Source: a virus
Length of the DNA: 64,000 bases
Strand: one strand, 5' to 3'
Virus record (IMG/VR): IMGVR_UViG_3300005841_000001
Coordinates: 1-64,000 of that record
In this document: positions 1 through 9,141 of the stretch, in pieces
Position numbering within the stretch: the stretch's first letter is position 1
How the letters are laid out: each line of letters opens with the position of its first letter
The notes under the pieces: generated by a model
Seen by the model: only the letters and a program-made list of their open reading frames with translations
Databases searched by the model: none
Told to the model about the DNA's origin: nothing
Program-made: the position numbers and the translations under genes

Positions 1-148
1 GCTGGTCGCCGACGAGTGGAACCGGGTTGGCGGTTCGTTCACCGCGCCGGCCACCTGTAACAAGATCGTCTTCTACGTGCAGGTCCTCGGCATGGGGTCG
101 GGCGAGCTGTTCGACGTCGATGCCGCGTACATGAGGAGGGTCACGTGA
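1..148 (+). CDS. 3' end of a virion/tail protein (partial)
   Basis: Open frame ending in TGA that overlaps the GTG of the next gene (GTGA); sits in the tail operon. Confidence 0.6.
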   Translation, partial: LVADEWNRVGGSFTAPATCNKIVFYVQVLGMGSGELFDVDAAYMRRVT

Positions 149-1839
149 CCGTCACCCAAACGCCCCGCACCGGGCAGACGAAGTGGAGTAGCGGATCCGA
201 CCCGCTGCGCCGGCTCCAGCTCAACGGCGACGCCGACGCCGCCGAAGCCAAGTTCGCGCTCGACGACGGCCTGACCTACACCGCGTTGCCTGGGCCGGCG
301 GACATCCTGCGTGGCCGGTACGCGATGCGCTCGTCCGGCAGTGGCGCGTACACCACGCTCTACCGGGCCACCACCGACAACGGCGCCTGGCTCCCCGCGA
401 TGGGCAACACCGTCCCCGCGCCGCTGACCTTCCGCCCGCACGCCGCCGGGGACCAAGCCGAAAGCGACCTCGCGGCCACCTTCACCCACCCGAACCTCAC
501 CACGCCGCCCGGCAAGATCAGCTATGACGGGCATGCGCAGTTCAGCCGGTTCACCGCCTACGACGCCGACGACTCCTCGGCCGGCACCGCGTACGTCGGG
601 CTTGCGCCGACCACCGCGCCGGACGTGGCCACTCTCGGGCGCATGCACCTGCGGTCGCGAGTCTCCGGCGAGAAACTGCTGGTGCTCCAGTCCCATGACC
701 CGGCCGCCGGCAACATGCTCACCGCGCGAGAGTTCGGCGGCTCGGACGTCGTCACCATCGACGCATCGGGCTACCTGCGCGCCCGGTCCCTGGTCGGCCT
801 CGGCGGCGGGGCGATCAATGCCGGCGCGGCTGTCGTCGTCGCCCCGACGTCGGCCAGCGCTGACGGCGTAAACATCGGACTGCTGGTTCACGGCCAGTCC
901 GGCGCCCCGGCGAAGGCCATCCTCGCCGTGCGTCGGGACCTCGGGGACACCGTGCCGGTCGTGCAGGTCGACCGCGACGCGATCACCCTGGGGCGGCTGC
1001 CCTGGGGAAGCGGCTCGACCGGCGGTGTCATCACTCAGAGTGGTCGGCAGGTAAACGTACGGGCACTGGGCTACGACGTCGACACGACGCTGTGGAAGCT
1101 CACCCGTGCCAGCACCAGCACCCCCGACAACCCGGCCACCGACGACATCGTCTCGGTGTTCACCCGTACCGCGGGCTCGATCCGCGTTCCGTTGACCGTC
1201 TCGCAGGCGCTGAACACCGGCGCGGCCGCACTGGTGGTGCAGCGCTACACCGACTTCAACGGCCGGTTCATGGAGTTCCAGCGCGTCACCGGCGGCACCG
1301 AGATCGTTGCCGCACTCGAGGCGGACGGCCGGCTGTCCTCGGGCGCGCGGTGGCGAGGCGACGGCACGATCCGCGACGTCCGTCAGCAGGTCAACCACGT
1401 GACCTCGCTCGACAACATCCTGACCCTCAACCCCGGCGATACCTACACCTACACCTGGCCGGCCATGCAGTTGCGATCGGTGACCGCAACCGATCTGAAG
1501 ATCACCGGCCGGGTGGAAGCCCAGGCCGAGACGGGCGCCTTCAGCGACAAGGAAGACGGCCAGCAGTGGCTGTTGAGCTTCTTCATCTCGGTCAACGGCG
1601 GCCCGTTCAACGGCATCACCTCGGCGTTGATGGGCGGGCCGGCCCACCACGCCGGGACCCGGCGTCCCATCGTGGTCCAGGAGGGATTTTGCTGGCAGCA
1701 GAACATCCCCGCGGGCGCCACGATCCAGATGCGCACTCAGGTAACCGTGCTGGGTGGCGCTGTGCCCCAGGTGACGCATCGTCGGCAGTGGATGTTCGTC
1801 GACGAGTGCATCATCCAGGACTACCTGTCAATCCCCTAG
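145..1839 (+). CDS. minor tail protein
   Basis: 564 aa, G/T/A-rich beta-type composition, upstream of the lysin, strong GC3 bias. Confidence 0.7.
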   Translation: MTVTQTPRTGQTKWSSGSDPLRRLQLNGDADAAEAKFALDDGLTYTALPGPADILRGRYAMRSSGSGAYTTLYRATTDNGAWLPAMGNTVPAPLTFRPHAAGDQAESDLAATFTHPNLTTPPGKISYDGHAQFSRFTAYDADDSSAGTAYVGLAPTTAPDVATLGRMHLRSRVSGEKLLVLQSHDPAAGNMLTAREFGGSDVVTIDASGYLRARSLVGLGGGAINAGAAVVVAPTSASADGVNIGLLVHGQSGAPAKAILAVRRDLGDTVPVVQVDRDAITLGRLPWGSGSTGGVITQSGRQVNVRALGYDVDTTLWKLTRASTSTPDNPATDDIVSVFTRTAGSIRVPLTVSQALNTGAAALVVQRYTDFNGRFMEFQRVTGGTEIVAALEADGRLSSGARWRGDGTIRDVRQQVNHVTSLDNILTLNPGDTYTYTWPAMQLRSVTATDLKITGRVEAQAETGAFSDKEDGQQWLLSFFISVNGGPFNGITSALMGGPAHHAGTRRPIVVQEGFCWQQNIPAGATIQMRTQVTVLGGAVPQVTHRRQWMFVDECIIQDYLSIP

Positions 1840-1848
1840 GAGACCACG

Positions 1849-2160
1849 ATGTACGCCTTGCTCAACGGCGCCGACATGCTGAGCTTGCGACATGCGAGGC
1901 TGCTCGAGCTCGAGCGCACCCACTACAAAACGTCGCTCCAGCTGGCCGAGATGGATGCGCTCGAGGTGCCCGCTGACGCCCCCGGGCGGCGGCAGCTCGA
2001 GCACGACCTGGCCACGGTCGAACTGACCATCGAGTGGCATCGCGAGTGCCTCGGGTTCGAACCCATCTCCGCCCCGCGTGTCGAGGCGCGGGGCGATGCG
2101 TCGACCCGCGACGATGAGGCCGACCGCAAGTTACCCGTGGGAGAGGAGGCACCAGCGTGA
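1849..2160 (+). CDS. hypothetical protein
   Basis: AGGAG RBS; coupled to the next gene (GTGA). Confidence 0.75.
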   Translation: MYALLNGADMLSLRHARLLELERTHYKTSLQLAEMDALEVPADAPGRRQLEHDLATVELTIEWHRECLGFEPISAPRVEARGDASTRDDEADRKLPVGEEAPA

Positions 2161-2465
2161 CGGAACAGAGCAGGGATCCCCAGCACGATGCATTCGCCAA
2201 GGCGGACGAATCGGACTGGGCGAGGCAAGCCGAATTGCTCGAAAGCGCCGTGGTGCACGAGCCTGGCGACCCGGACGCAGCGCCGATCCGGACGCCGGAG
2301 GAGTGGGACGACGACGAATGGGACAGCGAACGTCAACCGCCCAAGACGGTGCGCGAGGCCACCGGCGCGCTCGCGCAGCGGGTCGCCACGCCCGAAGCGC
2401 CCGACACGACGACGCTCGACTACGAGTTCGTCAAGCTCACGCCCGAGCAGCGAGGTGACGCATGA
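2157..2465 (+). CDS. acidic hypothetical protein
   Basis: GGAGAGGAGG RBS; ATGA overlap with the lysin. Confidence 0.7.
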   Translation: MTEQSRDPQHDAFAKADESDWARQAELLESAVVHEPGDPDAAPIRTPEEWDDDEWDSERQPPKTVREATGALAQRVATPEAPDTTTLDYEFVKLTPEQRGDA

Positions 2466-3388
2466 GCCTCTTCGTGCCATGGTTGGCCGACGCCGCCCGA
2501 TCGACCGGCTACCGCGTCGTCGAGGTCGGCGGGTGGCGCACCCGCGGGCACGGCGCAATGCGACTGGTCGAGGGCGTGGTGGGCCATCACACCGCGACCC
2601 CGGACAACGCAGCCGGCGACTATCCCTCGCTGGGGATCGTCACCAACGGACGCAGTGACCTCGCCGGACCACTGTGCAACCTCGGTCTCGGCCGGAACGG
2701 CACGATCTACGTCGTGGCCGCCGGGTGCGCCTGGCACGCCGGAGCGTCGGCGTGGGCCGGGTTCAGCGACCTCAACGACGAGTTCCTGGGGATCGAGGCC
2801 GAGAGCGGCGGCACCGGCAAGTGGTCGGCCGCGCAGCTGGACTGCTACCCGAAGCTCGTCGGCGCGCTGCTGAAGTACATGCACCGAGGTGTCGACCGCT
2901 ACGCCGGTCACAAGGACGTCGCACTTCCGCACGGCCGTAAGCCGGATCCGGTCGGGATCGACACCGGGTGGATGCGCACTCAGGCAAGCAAGTTCATGTC
3001 CGGTGGCGGTGGTAGCACCCCGTCCAATGTGGAGGAAATCGTGAAGGCCTTCGAATCGAACTTCCTGCCGTACTCCCCCGACAAGAAAGATCTCGTGGTC
3101 TTTCCGGTGGAAGTCGGCTCCAGCTCCACCATCGTCGAGGCCCTGTGGCTGAACCTGGCCTGCGCGGGTGACAGCAAGGGCCACATGGACTACGAGGTGT
3201 GGATCGGCGACGACAACGGAAATCAGATGAAGCCCGGCGGCGGCTCGCACGACGCCATCGGTACCGTGAACAACAACGGCCGCGCCACTTTCGTCATCCC
3301 CTCCGGTGCTCGCACCGTCGCCCTGAAGCACCAGGAATCCGGCGACATCCGCGGCGGCTACTCCATCGCCTACCGGTCCCAGGCGTAG
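2462..3388 (+). CDS. endolysin, N-acetylmuramoyl-L-alanine amidase (Amidase_2) plus C-terminal domain
   Basis: Motifs GW-x-TRG, HHTA, L-x-GPLCN, AWHAG, GIEAE, GHK and K-x-DP typical of actinophage amidases; GGGGS linker. Confidence 0.92.
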   Translation: MSLFVPWLADAARSTGYRVVEVGGWRTRGHGAMRLVEGVVGHHTATPDNAAGDYPSLGIVTNGRSDLAGPLCNLGLGRNGTIYVVAAGCAWHAGASAWAGFSDLNDEFLGIEAESGGTGKWSAAQLDCYPKLVGALLKYMHRGVDRYAGHKDVALPHGRKPDPVGIDTGWMRTQASKFMSGGGGSTPSNVEEIVKAFESNFLPYSPDKKDLVVFPVEVGSSSTIVEALWLNLACAGDSKGHMDYEVWIGDDNGNQMKPGGGSHDAIGTVNNNGRATFVIPSGARTVALKHQESGDIRGGYSIAYRSQA

Positions 3389-3391
3389 CCG

Positions 3392-3736
3392 ATGCAGAGG
3401 GCGCGCGCTGTCACGCCGATCGTGGTCCGCAGGGGAACCACCCAGCAATTCGGGTGGCCGATCCTGCGGGCCGGCCAACGCGTGGCGTTGGACGGCTGGA
3501 CTGTGCGCGCCCTGGTGCGCGCGAGTATCGACGCCACCGAGGTGCTGCACGAGTTCAGCACCGCCGAGGGCAACGCGCGCACCGAGAACGGCTACGTGCT
3601 CATAGAATCCAATGTGGACTCCGAGACATGGCCGTGGGAGACCGGCGTCTACGACGTGCACGCCACCGACCCGGACGGCAACGTGCTCCACGTCGCCGAG
3701 GGGCCGATCAAGCTGCGAAAGTCGGTGACTCGGTGA
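3392..3736 (+). CDS. virion-associated hypothetical protein (BppU/LtfC-like beta domain)
   Basis: RRG-T...W-x-W-x-TGVYDV...EG-x-I pattern common in phage tail accessory proteins. Confidence 0.55.
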   Translation: MQRARAVTPIVVRRGTTQQFGWPILRAGQRVALDGWTVRALVRASIDATEVLHEFSTAEGNARTENGYVLIESNVDSETWPWETGVYDVHATDPDGNVLHVAEGPIKLRKSVTR

Positions 3737-4206
3737 CCCTGGACAACCTCGCGGTCGGCCCGCCGGTCGAACTGACTTTCGTCAGCGTCGGTGACCCGGT
3801 CGAACTCGGCCCCGGTGTGCCCGGCCCGCCAGGACCGCCCGGCCCGGCGGGTGGGTACGCCGTTGGCACCGCCTCGGCCACTCTTTCCGGTCACCGCGTG
3901 GTGACGGCGAGCCCGGATGGCACATGGCGGTACGCAAGCAACGACAACCTCGCCGATCTCATGGCTCCACTGTGGATTACCACTGGTGCTATCGGGGCCG
4001 GCGAACAAGGTGAAGCCGTGATCGTTGGCCCGATCATCGAACCGAGTTGGAGCTGGACCCCAGGGCCTGTTTATCTCGGGGTCGACGGCCTGCTTACGCA
4101 AATTCCGCCGCTGGCTCCGGCCGCTATTTTCCTGGCACAGGTGGGGTTTGCTACCTCGGCCACCGTGCTTTTCGTTGACCGCAACCCATCGATCAAGCTG
4201 AGCTAG
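3733..4206 (+). CDS. virion protein with a short collagen-like (GPP) repeat
   Basis: GTG start overlapping the upstream stop; GPPGPPGPAG; EPSWSWTPGPVYLG-x-DG-x-LTQ motif. Confidence 0.7.
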   Translation: MTLDNLAVGPPVELTFVSVGDPVELGPGVPGPPGPPGPAGGYAVGTASATLSGHRVVTASPDGTWRYASNDNLADLMAPLWITTGAIGAGEQGEAVIVGPIIEPSWSWTPGPVYLGVDGLLTQIPPLAPAAIFLAQVGFATSATVLFVDRNPSIKLS

Positions 4207-4218
4207 GAGAACGCGGCC

Positions 4219-4728
4219 ATGGCCGGAGACAAGTACCTGTACAACAACGGTGGCACGGTAACCGAGAAGGCGTCGATCCAGACCTCGGCCGGCGCAGGCG
4301 ATGCGGGCAAGATTCCGGCGCTGGACACCAGCGGGCGTATCGACAACTCCATGATGCCCACCGGTATCGGTGCCGACACCGCGAGTATCACCACCTCTGA
4401 AGCTTTGGCGGCCGGAGACCTGGTGAACATCTGGAACTCGACCGGCGCCAAGGCGCGCAAGGCCGACGCCAGCGTGGCAGGCAAGGAAGCGCACGGCTTC
4501 GTGCTGGCTGCTGCGAGTAGCGGGGCGGCCGCCACGGTCTACTTTGAGGGCACCGACACGCAGGTGACCGGCCTGACTCCCGGCGTGCAATTCCTTTCGG
4601 CGACCACTCCGGGCACGGCGACCGGCACCGCGCCGTCCGGGACCGGTCAAGTCGTGCAGCGTGTCGGCTTCGCCACGGCGGCCACCGCGCTGAACTTCCA
4701 GAGCCAGCCGCCGATCGTTCTGGCCTGA
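4219..4728 (+). CDS. virion decoration/tail protein
   Basis: AGGAG RBS; SEALAAGDLVNI...RKADA...AHGFV pattern. Confidence 0.7.
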   Translation: MAGDKYLYNNGGTVTEKASIQTSAGAGDAGKIPALDTSGRIDNSMMPTGIGADTASITTSEALAAGDLVNIWNSTGAKARKADASVAGKEAHGFVLAAASSGAAATVYFEGTDTQVTGLTPGVQFLSATTPGTATGTAPSGTGQVVQRVGFATAATALNFQSQPPIVLA

Positions 4729-5132
4729 TGACCGCACGTCGGCCACTGGTAGTAGTCAGCGGGGGCGAACAGGAGCTGCCTTCGGGCGACACCTTGCCGC
4801 CCTCGCTGCTGCTGCCTGCCCCGGTGGCGCTCACCGACGCAGCCACGATCGCCACGGACGCGAGCCTGGGCAGCCACTTCCGCGTCACCCTGGGCGGCAA
4901 CCGGACGCTGGGCAACCCGACCAACTTGGCCGACGGCCAGAAGTTGCTATGGGAGCTGATTCAGGACGCCACTGGATCGCGGACGATCACACTCGGCTCG
5001 AACTTCGCCCTGGGCACCGACCTGCCGGCCATCACCCTGACGACCACGGCCAGTAAGCGCGACTTCCTCGGCGGGATCTACAACGCGACCGCCGGCAAGA
5101 TCTTCGTGACGTCGCTGATGCGCGGGTTCTGA
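4728..5132 (+). CDS. tail-fibre-type protein
   Basis: LTDAATIATDAS...VTLGGNRTLGNPTN...QDATGSRT fibre-tip pattern. Confidence 0.7.
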   Translation: MTARRPLVVVSGGEQELPSGDTLPPSLLLPAPVALTDAATIATDASLGSHFRVTLGGNRTLGNPTNLADGQKLLWELIQDATGSRTITLGSNFALGTDLPAITLTTTASKRDFLGGIYNATAGKIFVTSLMRGF

Positions 5133-5782
5133 TGGCGCTCGAGGGGGCCTACAGCTTCGATGCCGCCGGCGCGGCAACCGCGGTCGACTACTCCGGCCGC
5201 GGTCGTGACCTCACGCTGGGTGCGAACGGGGTGCAGGTGGCCGGCGGGCAGACCGGCCCCGGGTTCGGGAAGACGGGCGCCACCATGTCCGTGTTCTCGG
5301 CTGCGTTGCTGGCCGCCACCCAGAGCGATGACAGATGCGTCATGTTCTGGGGTAAGGGTGCCCTGAGTACTTGGTGGGTGCGCTGGGAAAAGGACGCGAT
5401 CAACTCCGGAACGTGGGGAGTCCTGAACGTCTCCGGATCCATGGCGGCGCAGGCCCGTCGCGCTTCCGACGACTCTCTGTTGACCCGGCCCACCGGGACG
5501 GCGCCAAGCGCGACGCCGCATCACTACTGCGCTACCTACGTACGTTCGACGGGCGTGTGTCGCCTACTGGTCGACGGCGTCCAAACAGGAACGCAGAGCT
5601 TCGCCGCGGGCACGCAGCTGACGACCAACGCGGACCGAATCAACATGGGCGAGTGGAGCACCACCGGCGCGGCGATCGACAACCTGCGGTTCTTCAGCCA
5701 CGTGCCCAGCGACGCTGAGATCGCGTGGTACCGCGACACGCCGGTTCTCTCCTCGGTCGGAGCCTCCTTCGCCCTGCTGTAA
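5132..5782 (+). CDS. LamG/concanavalin-like domain virion protein
   Basis: HHYCATY...LLVDGV...IDNLRFF...SDAEI. Confidence 0.7.
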   Translation: MALEGAYSFDAAGAATAVDYSGRGRDLTLGANGVQVAGGQTGPGFGKTGATMSVFSAALLAATQSDDRCVMFWGKGALSTWWVRWEKDAINSGTWGVLNVSGSMAAQARRASDDSLLTRPTGTAPSATPHHYCATYVRSTGVCRLLVDGVQTGTQSFAAGTQLTTNADRINMGEWSTTGAAIDNLRFFSHVPSDAEIAWYRDTPVLSSVGASFALL

Positions 5783-5820
5783 AGATCGTCAGCATGACAC
5801 TGGAGAAGAACGAAAGCCGA

Positions 5821-6060
5821 ATGAACGTCATGCTGGTCGCGCACGAGGGGCGGCTGTACGCCGATTCCGAGGGCAACTACTGGCTCGAGTCCGACGAGGG
5901 CGGGGTGCCGCACGCGGCCAGCGCCGAGTTCGCCGCCGCCACGGAAGAGTTGCTCACGGACGGTGACCTGGAGAAGGGCGAGGAGGAGGCCGGCACGTCG
6001 CCGGTCGAGACCACCGCCGCCGGCGAAGAGCTGTTCGCTTCGTGGGGTACTCAGCAGTAG
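5821..6060 (+). CDS. small acidic hypothetical protein
   Basis: In-operon ORF; start uncertain (5794 or 5821). Confidence 0.6.
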   Translation: MNVMLVAHEGRLYADSEGNYWLESDEGGVPHAASAEFAAATEELLTDGDLEKGEEEAGTSPVETTAAGEELFASWGTQQ

Positions 6061-6156
6061 CCGACAAGTCGACATTCCCGGCGTGGCGCTCCCACGTCGG
6101 GCGTGTCGCGGCCCGATGATGTGCGGAGATCACGTTCCGTCTACGAAGGGTTCGCG

Positions 6157-6492
6157 ATGTTCGACACCGCACAGCTGATCGCGATGGCGCTCGGCGTCCT
6201 GATTCCACTGATCAACGGCTTCATCACCCGGTACGCCGCCGTCGGCGCCCGGGTGTTCCTCCAGATCTTCATGTCCGCGGTCGCCGGCTTCCTCACCGAG
6301 TGGATCGGCGCACTGAACGCCCACCTGCCGTTCAACACCACGCAGGCACTCGCCGGCTGGATCGCCACCCTCGTGACCGCCCTGGCCGTCGAGGCGAAGG
6401 TGTGGGCGCCGCTGGGCGTGTCGGACGCGCTCAAGCGCGCTGGAGTCGGATCCGCAAGCGCGCCGGCGGCCGACGTGCGTCGGGCCGCATGA
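6157..6492 (+). CDS. holin-like membrane protein
   Basis: About 3 hydrophobic segments, charged C-terminus, lysis region. Confidence 0.7.
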   Translation: MFDTAQLIAMALGVLIPLINGFITRYAAVGARVFLQIFMSAVAGFLTEWIGALNAHLPFNTTQALAGWIATLVTALAVEAKVWAPLGVSDALKRAGVGSASAPAADVRRAA

Positions 6493-6496
6493 CGGG

Positions 6497-6901
6497 GTGC
6501 AGCCCATCGCGCACAAGCACTGGCGGGCCCTGAGTCAGGGCCTTACCGCGCTTCACATGGCGGTCGCTATCGTGCATGTGTTCCCCCGTTTGGTCTATGG
6601 GAGCAAGCCCACAACCGGAACCGTGGTCGTCTACATCGGCACCCTCGGTCCGGTGTGGGTGATCCTTTTCGGCGCGACCGGCCTCGCCCTGGCTGTGAGC
6701 CTGCACCGGCGACGCGGTCGACATTTGGCCCACTTGGCGGCGGCCGCCCTGTGGGTGCTGTACACCTCGGCGCTCGGGATCGGGGCATGGGCCACCGGCG
6801 GACCCATCCTCTTCCCGATCGTGGCGGCCTCGGTCGTGTACGTGCACACCAAGCTCGCGGCGGGTTACGAGTACGAAGCGAGCAAGGAGGCGCGGAGGTG
6901 A
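6497..6901 (+). CDS. 4-TM membrane protein (lysis module)
   Basis: Four hydrophobic segments. Confidence 0.7.
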   Translation: MQPIAHKHWRALSQGLTALHMAVAIVHVFPRLVYGSKPTTGTVVVYIGTLGPVWVILFGATGLALAVSLHRRRGRHLAHLAAAALWVLYTSALGIGAWATGGPILFPIVAASVVYVHTKLAAGYEYEASKEARR

Positions 6902-7218
6902 ACGTCCAATCGGTCGGCACCGTCATCTCGAGCTTGATCGCCGTGCTGTTCTTTTTGATCACGCTGGCCGGTTGGCGTTCGCGCCGGGCGAGCCGCGAGG
7001 CCAAGGAACTTCGGCAGGTCAAGGAGATCAACATTGCGGTGATGGACTGGGCCTACCAGACCCGCACGTTGGCAGCGGCGCAAGGCTGGAAGCTCCCCCC
7101 GCTTCCGAAGGAAATGACGATCGAGTACATCGCCGGCAAGGCGGAGGGCGAGGATAATGCCGAACTGATCCAGCTGCTCGAATACCTCAAGGGCATCGCT
7201 GTTAAGGGTGACAAATGA
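6898..7218 (+). CDS. single-TM membrane protein (lysis module)
   Basis: GGAG RBS, GTGA overlap, N-terminal TM then helical soluble part. Confidence 0.7.
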   Translation: MNVQSVGTVISSLIAVLFFLITLAGWRSRRASREAKELRQVKEINIAVMDWAYQTRTLAAAQGWKLPPLPKEMTIEYIAGKAEGEDNAELIQLLEYLKGIAVKGDK

Positions 7219-8111
7219 CAACCAATGCGCACGGAGCGCAACCAGAGGCGACGGACCACACGCCGGAGCCACGCAGCCACGCGGGCCGGTTCTTCCGGCG
7301 CATCCCGCCCACGATGTACTTCGGAGCCTGCGGGGTGATCCTGGTCGCCCTGATCCCGCTGTCCATCTGGTTCACCGCGCAGGCCACCCGTCAGGAGACC
7401 CGCGCCGACACCGCCGACAGGAAGTCCGCCGCCGTCGCCTCGGCCGCCGCACCCGTGGTCAGCACAGTCGAGGCGTTATGCCGGGCGAACGCCACCGAGG
7501 CCGAACGGACGCTGGCCGCCGACCTGGCTGCGCGCGGCCAGTGCGAAAGCGCGGCCAAGGCGAAGCAGGTGATCACGGAGGTGCCGGAGCCACCTGCGCA
7601 GGTCAGCGTCACTACCGTGCAGGTGCAGCAGATGATCAACGATCGTCTCGCAGGCCTGCCCAAGCCGCTGACCGTCGAGCAGGTGGCGGCCACGGCCGCG
7701 GACATCTACGCGAAGAACCGGCCGGCCGACGGCAAGGACGCCACACCCGAGATGGTCGCGGCCGCCGTTTCGGCGTTCTGCGCGAACGGCGCGTGCGTGG
7801 GCAAAGACGGCAAGGACGCCCCGCCAGTGCCCGACGAGCAGGTCCTGAAGCAGGTCGCCGCCTACTGCAACTCGCGTGAGGACAAGTGCGTCGGCGGGCG
7901 CGGTCCGCAGGGCCCGCAAGGTGTGAGCTTCCAACGCCAGTACTTCGCCCGAGACGGCTCCGGGGTGTGCTTCTCGTTCGTCGAGAGCTACGACCCGGCC
8001 ACCAACGGCACCAGCACGGCCTCGAGCCGAGCCGGCGATGCCGCGTGCGCCGAGCCGGCGCCGGCGACCTCGGCCAGCGCCACGCCGGGCGGGCTCCTGC
8101 CCACCGGTTGA
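7215..8111 (+). CDS. membrane-anchored Cys/collagen-like (GKDGKD, GPQGPQG) protein, lysis-associated
   Basis: N-terminal TM; repeated V-x-A-[FY]-C motifs and collagen triplets. Confidence 0.65.
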   Translation: MTTNAHGAQPEATDHTPEPRSHAGRFFRRIPPTMYFGACGVILVALIPLSIWFTAQATRQETRADTADRKSAAVASAAAPVVSTVEALCRANATEAERTLAADLAARGQCESAAKAKQVITEVPEPPAQVSVTTVQVQQMINDRLAGLPKPLTVEQVAATAADIYAKNRPADGKDATPEMVAAAVSAFCANGACVGKDGKDAPPVPDEQVLKQVAAYCNSREDKCVGGRGPQGPQGVSFQRQYFARDGSGVCFSFVESYDPATNGTSTASSRAGDAACAEPAPATSASATPGGLLPTG

Positions 8112-8120
8112 CCTCGTGGG

Positions 8121-8414
8121 ATGCTGACTGTCGTGACCGACAGCCCGCCGGAAGGCTTCGAGAAAAAGGACGTGTATTCGACGATGGCCGGAGAGACACC
8201 GCAGTTCGAGACCAAGGACGCCAGCGCGCCCGTCACCGCCCCCGGCTACGTTCCGGCAGCGGTCCCCAACACCGACTTCAGCAACGGCACCCACCCCGAC
8301 CAGCAGGCCGCGCAGGGCGACGAGAAGGAAGCCGCCGCGGCCCCGGAGGACGGCGGCGGCTCGACGTCCGCGCGCAAGACCAGCTCGCGCAGCGGCGGCG
8401 GCTCGAAGAGCTAG
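8121..8414 (+). CDS. low-complexity hypothetical protein
   Basis: Last ORF of the + operon, followed by a hairpin. Confidence 0.6.
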   Translation: MLTVVTDSPPEGFEKKDVYSTMAGETPQFETKDASAPVTAPGYVPAAVPNTDFSNGTHPDQQAAQGDEKEAAAAPEDGGGSTSARKTSSRSGGGSKS

Positions 8415-8698
8415 CCGGCCCCATCGCCGAACAGCGGCCGCATCCCCCGCGCGGGGGATGCGGCCGCGTTCGTTTCGGCGTGCTCCAGGTCGTGCACAGC
8501 GTCGAGCAACGCAAGACGTGCGGCGCCCTCCTCCGTGTTCGTCTCGATCACGTCGGACTGCTCGGAAGCGAATGAGCCCCACCGGCGGGCGGCCTCGACG
8601 ATGGCCGAGGCGAGCCGGTGCGGCGGCGGGCCGGCCGGCCGGTCGTCCGGCACGTCGCCCTCGTTGACGATCAGGGTGAATCTGGGGCCGGCGATCAC
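8411..8698 (-). CDS. hypothetical protein
   Basis: GTGA overlap with the upstream VRR-NUC gene. Confidence 0.5.
   Translation of the reverse strand: MIAGPRFTLIVNEGDVPDDRPAGPPPHRLASAIVEAARRWGSFASEQSDVIETNTEEGAARLALLDAVHDLEHAETNAAASPARGMRPLFGDGAG
8434..8467 (+). terminator. perfect 34-bp palindrome, likely terminator of the late operon
   Basis: GCGGCCGCATCCCCCGC|GCGGGGGATGCGGCCGC followed by GTTCGTTT. Confidence 0.65.
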
Positions 8699-9141
8699 TG
8701 TCCACCCCCGTGACGTGCGCAGACACACCCCGGATGGGAGAGGTCGGGCACGAACACGGGGTCATGAAGGTGGTCAAGCAGCTGCTTGATGTGCTCGTTG
8801 TTGGTGAACCAGCCGACCAGCGCACCGGCGGCGGCCCAACGACGAAGTCGGCCCAGCTGCGGGCCGGTCGGTCGCTTGCCGGGTTGCTTGGCCTCGAGCT
8901 TGACGGCACGACCGTCCACACAGGCGTCGAGGTCGGGTTCGCCGACGTTGCCGAACTGTCCACCGTGGACCTTGTGCGCGTAGCCGCGCTTCAGCGAGCA
9001 GAGGTAGAGCTCGCCTTCTTTCACGATCTCGGCCTCGGGCTTCCGGCGCGGGGCGCCGGCGCGCGCCGGCGTGGCAGCGCGACGGCTGAATGGAGCGTCT
9101 TCCACGAGTGCAGACGTGGCGTGATGGACCACGGTCGTCAT
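8695..9141 (-). CDS. VRR-NUC domain endonuclease (Holliday-junction resolvase-like)
   Basis: G-x-PDL...LEAK-x-PG-x-RPT-x-x-Q. Confidence 0.85.
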   Translation of the reverse strand: MTTVVHHATSALVEDAPFSRRAATPARAGAPRRKPEAEIVKEGELYLCSLKRGYAHKVHGGQFGNVGEPDLDACVDGRAVKLEAKQPGKRPTGPQLGRLRRWAAAGALVGWFTNNEHIKQLLDHLHDPVFVPDLSHPGCVCARHGGGQ

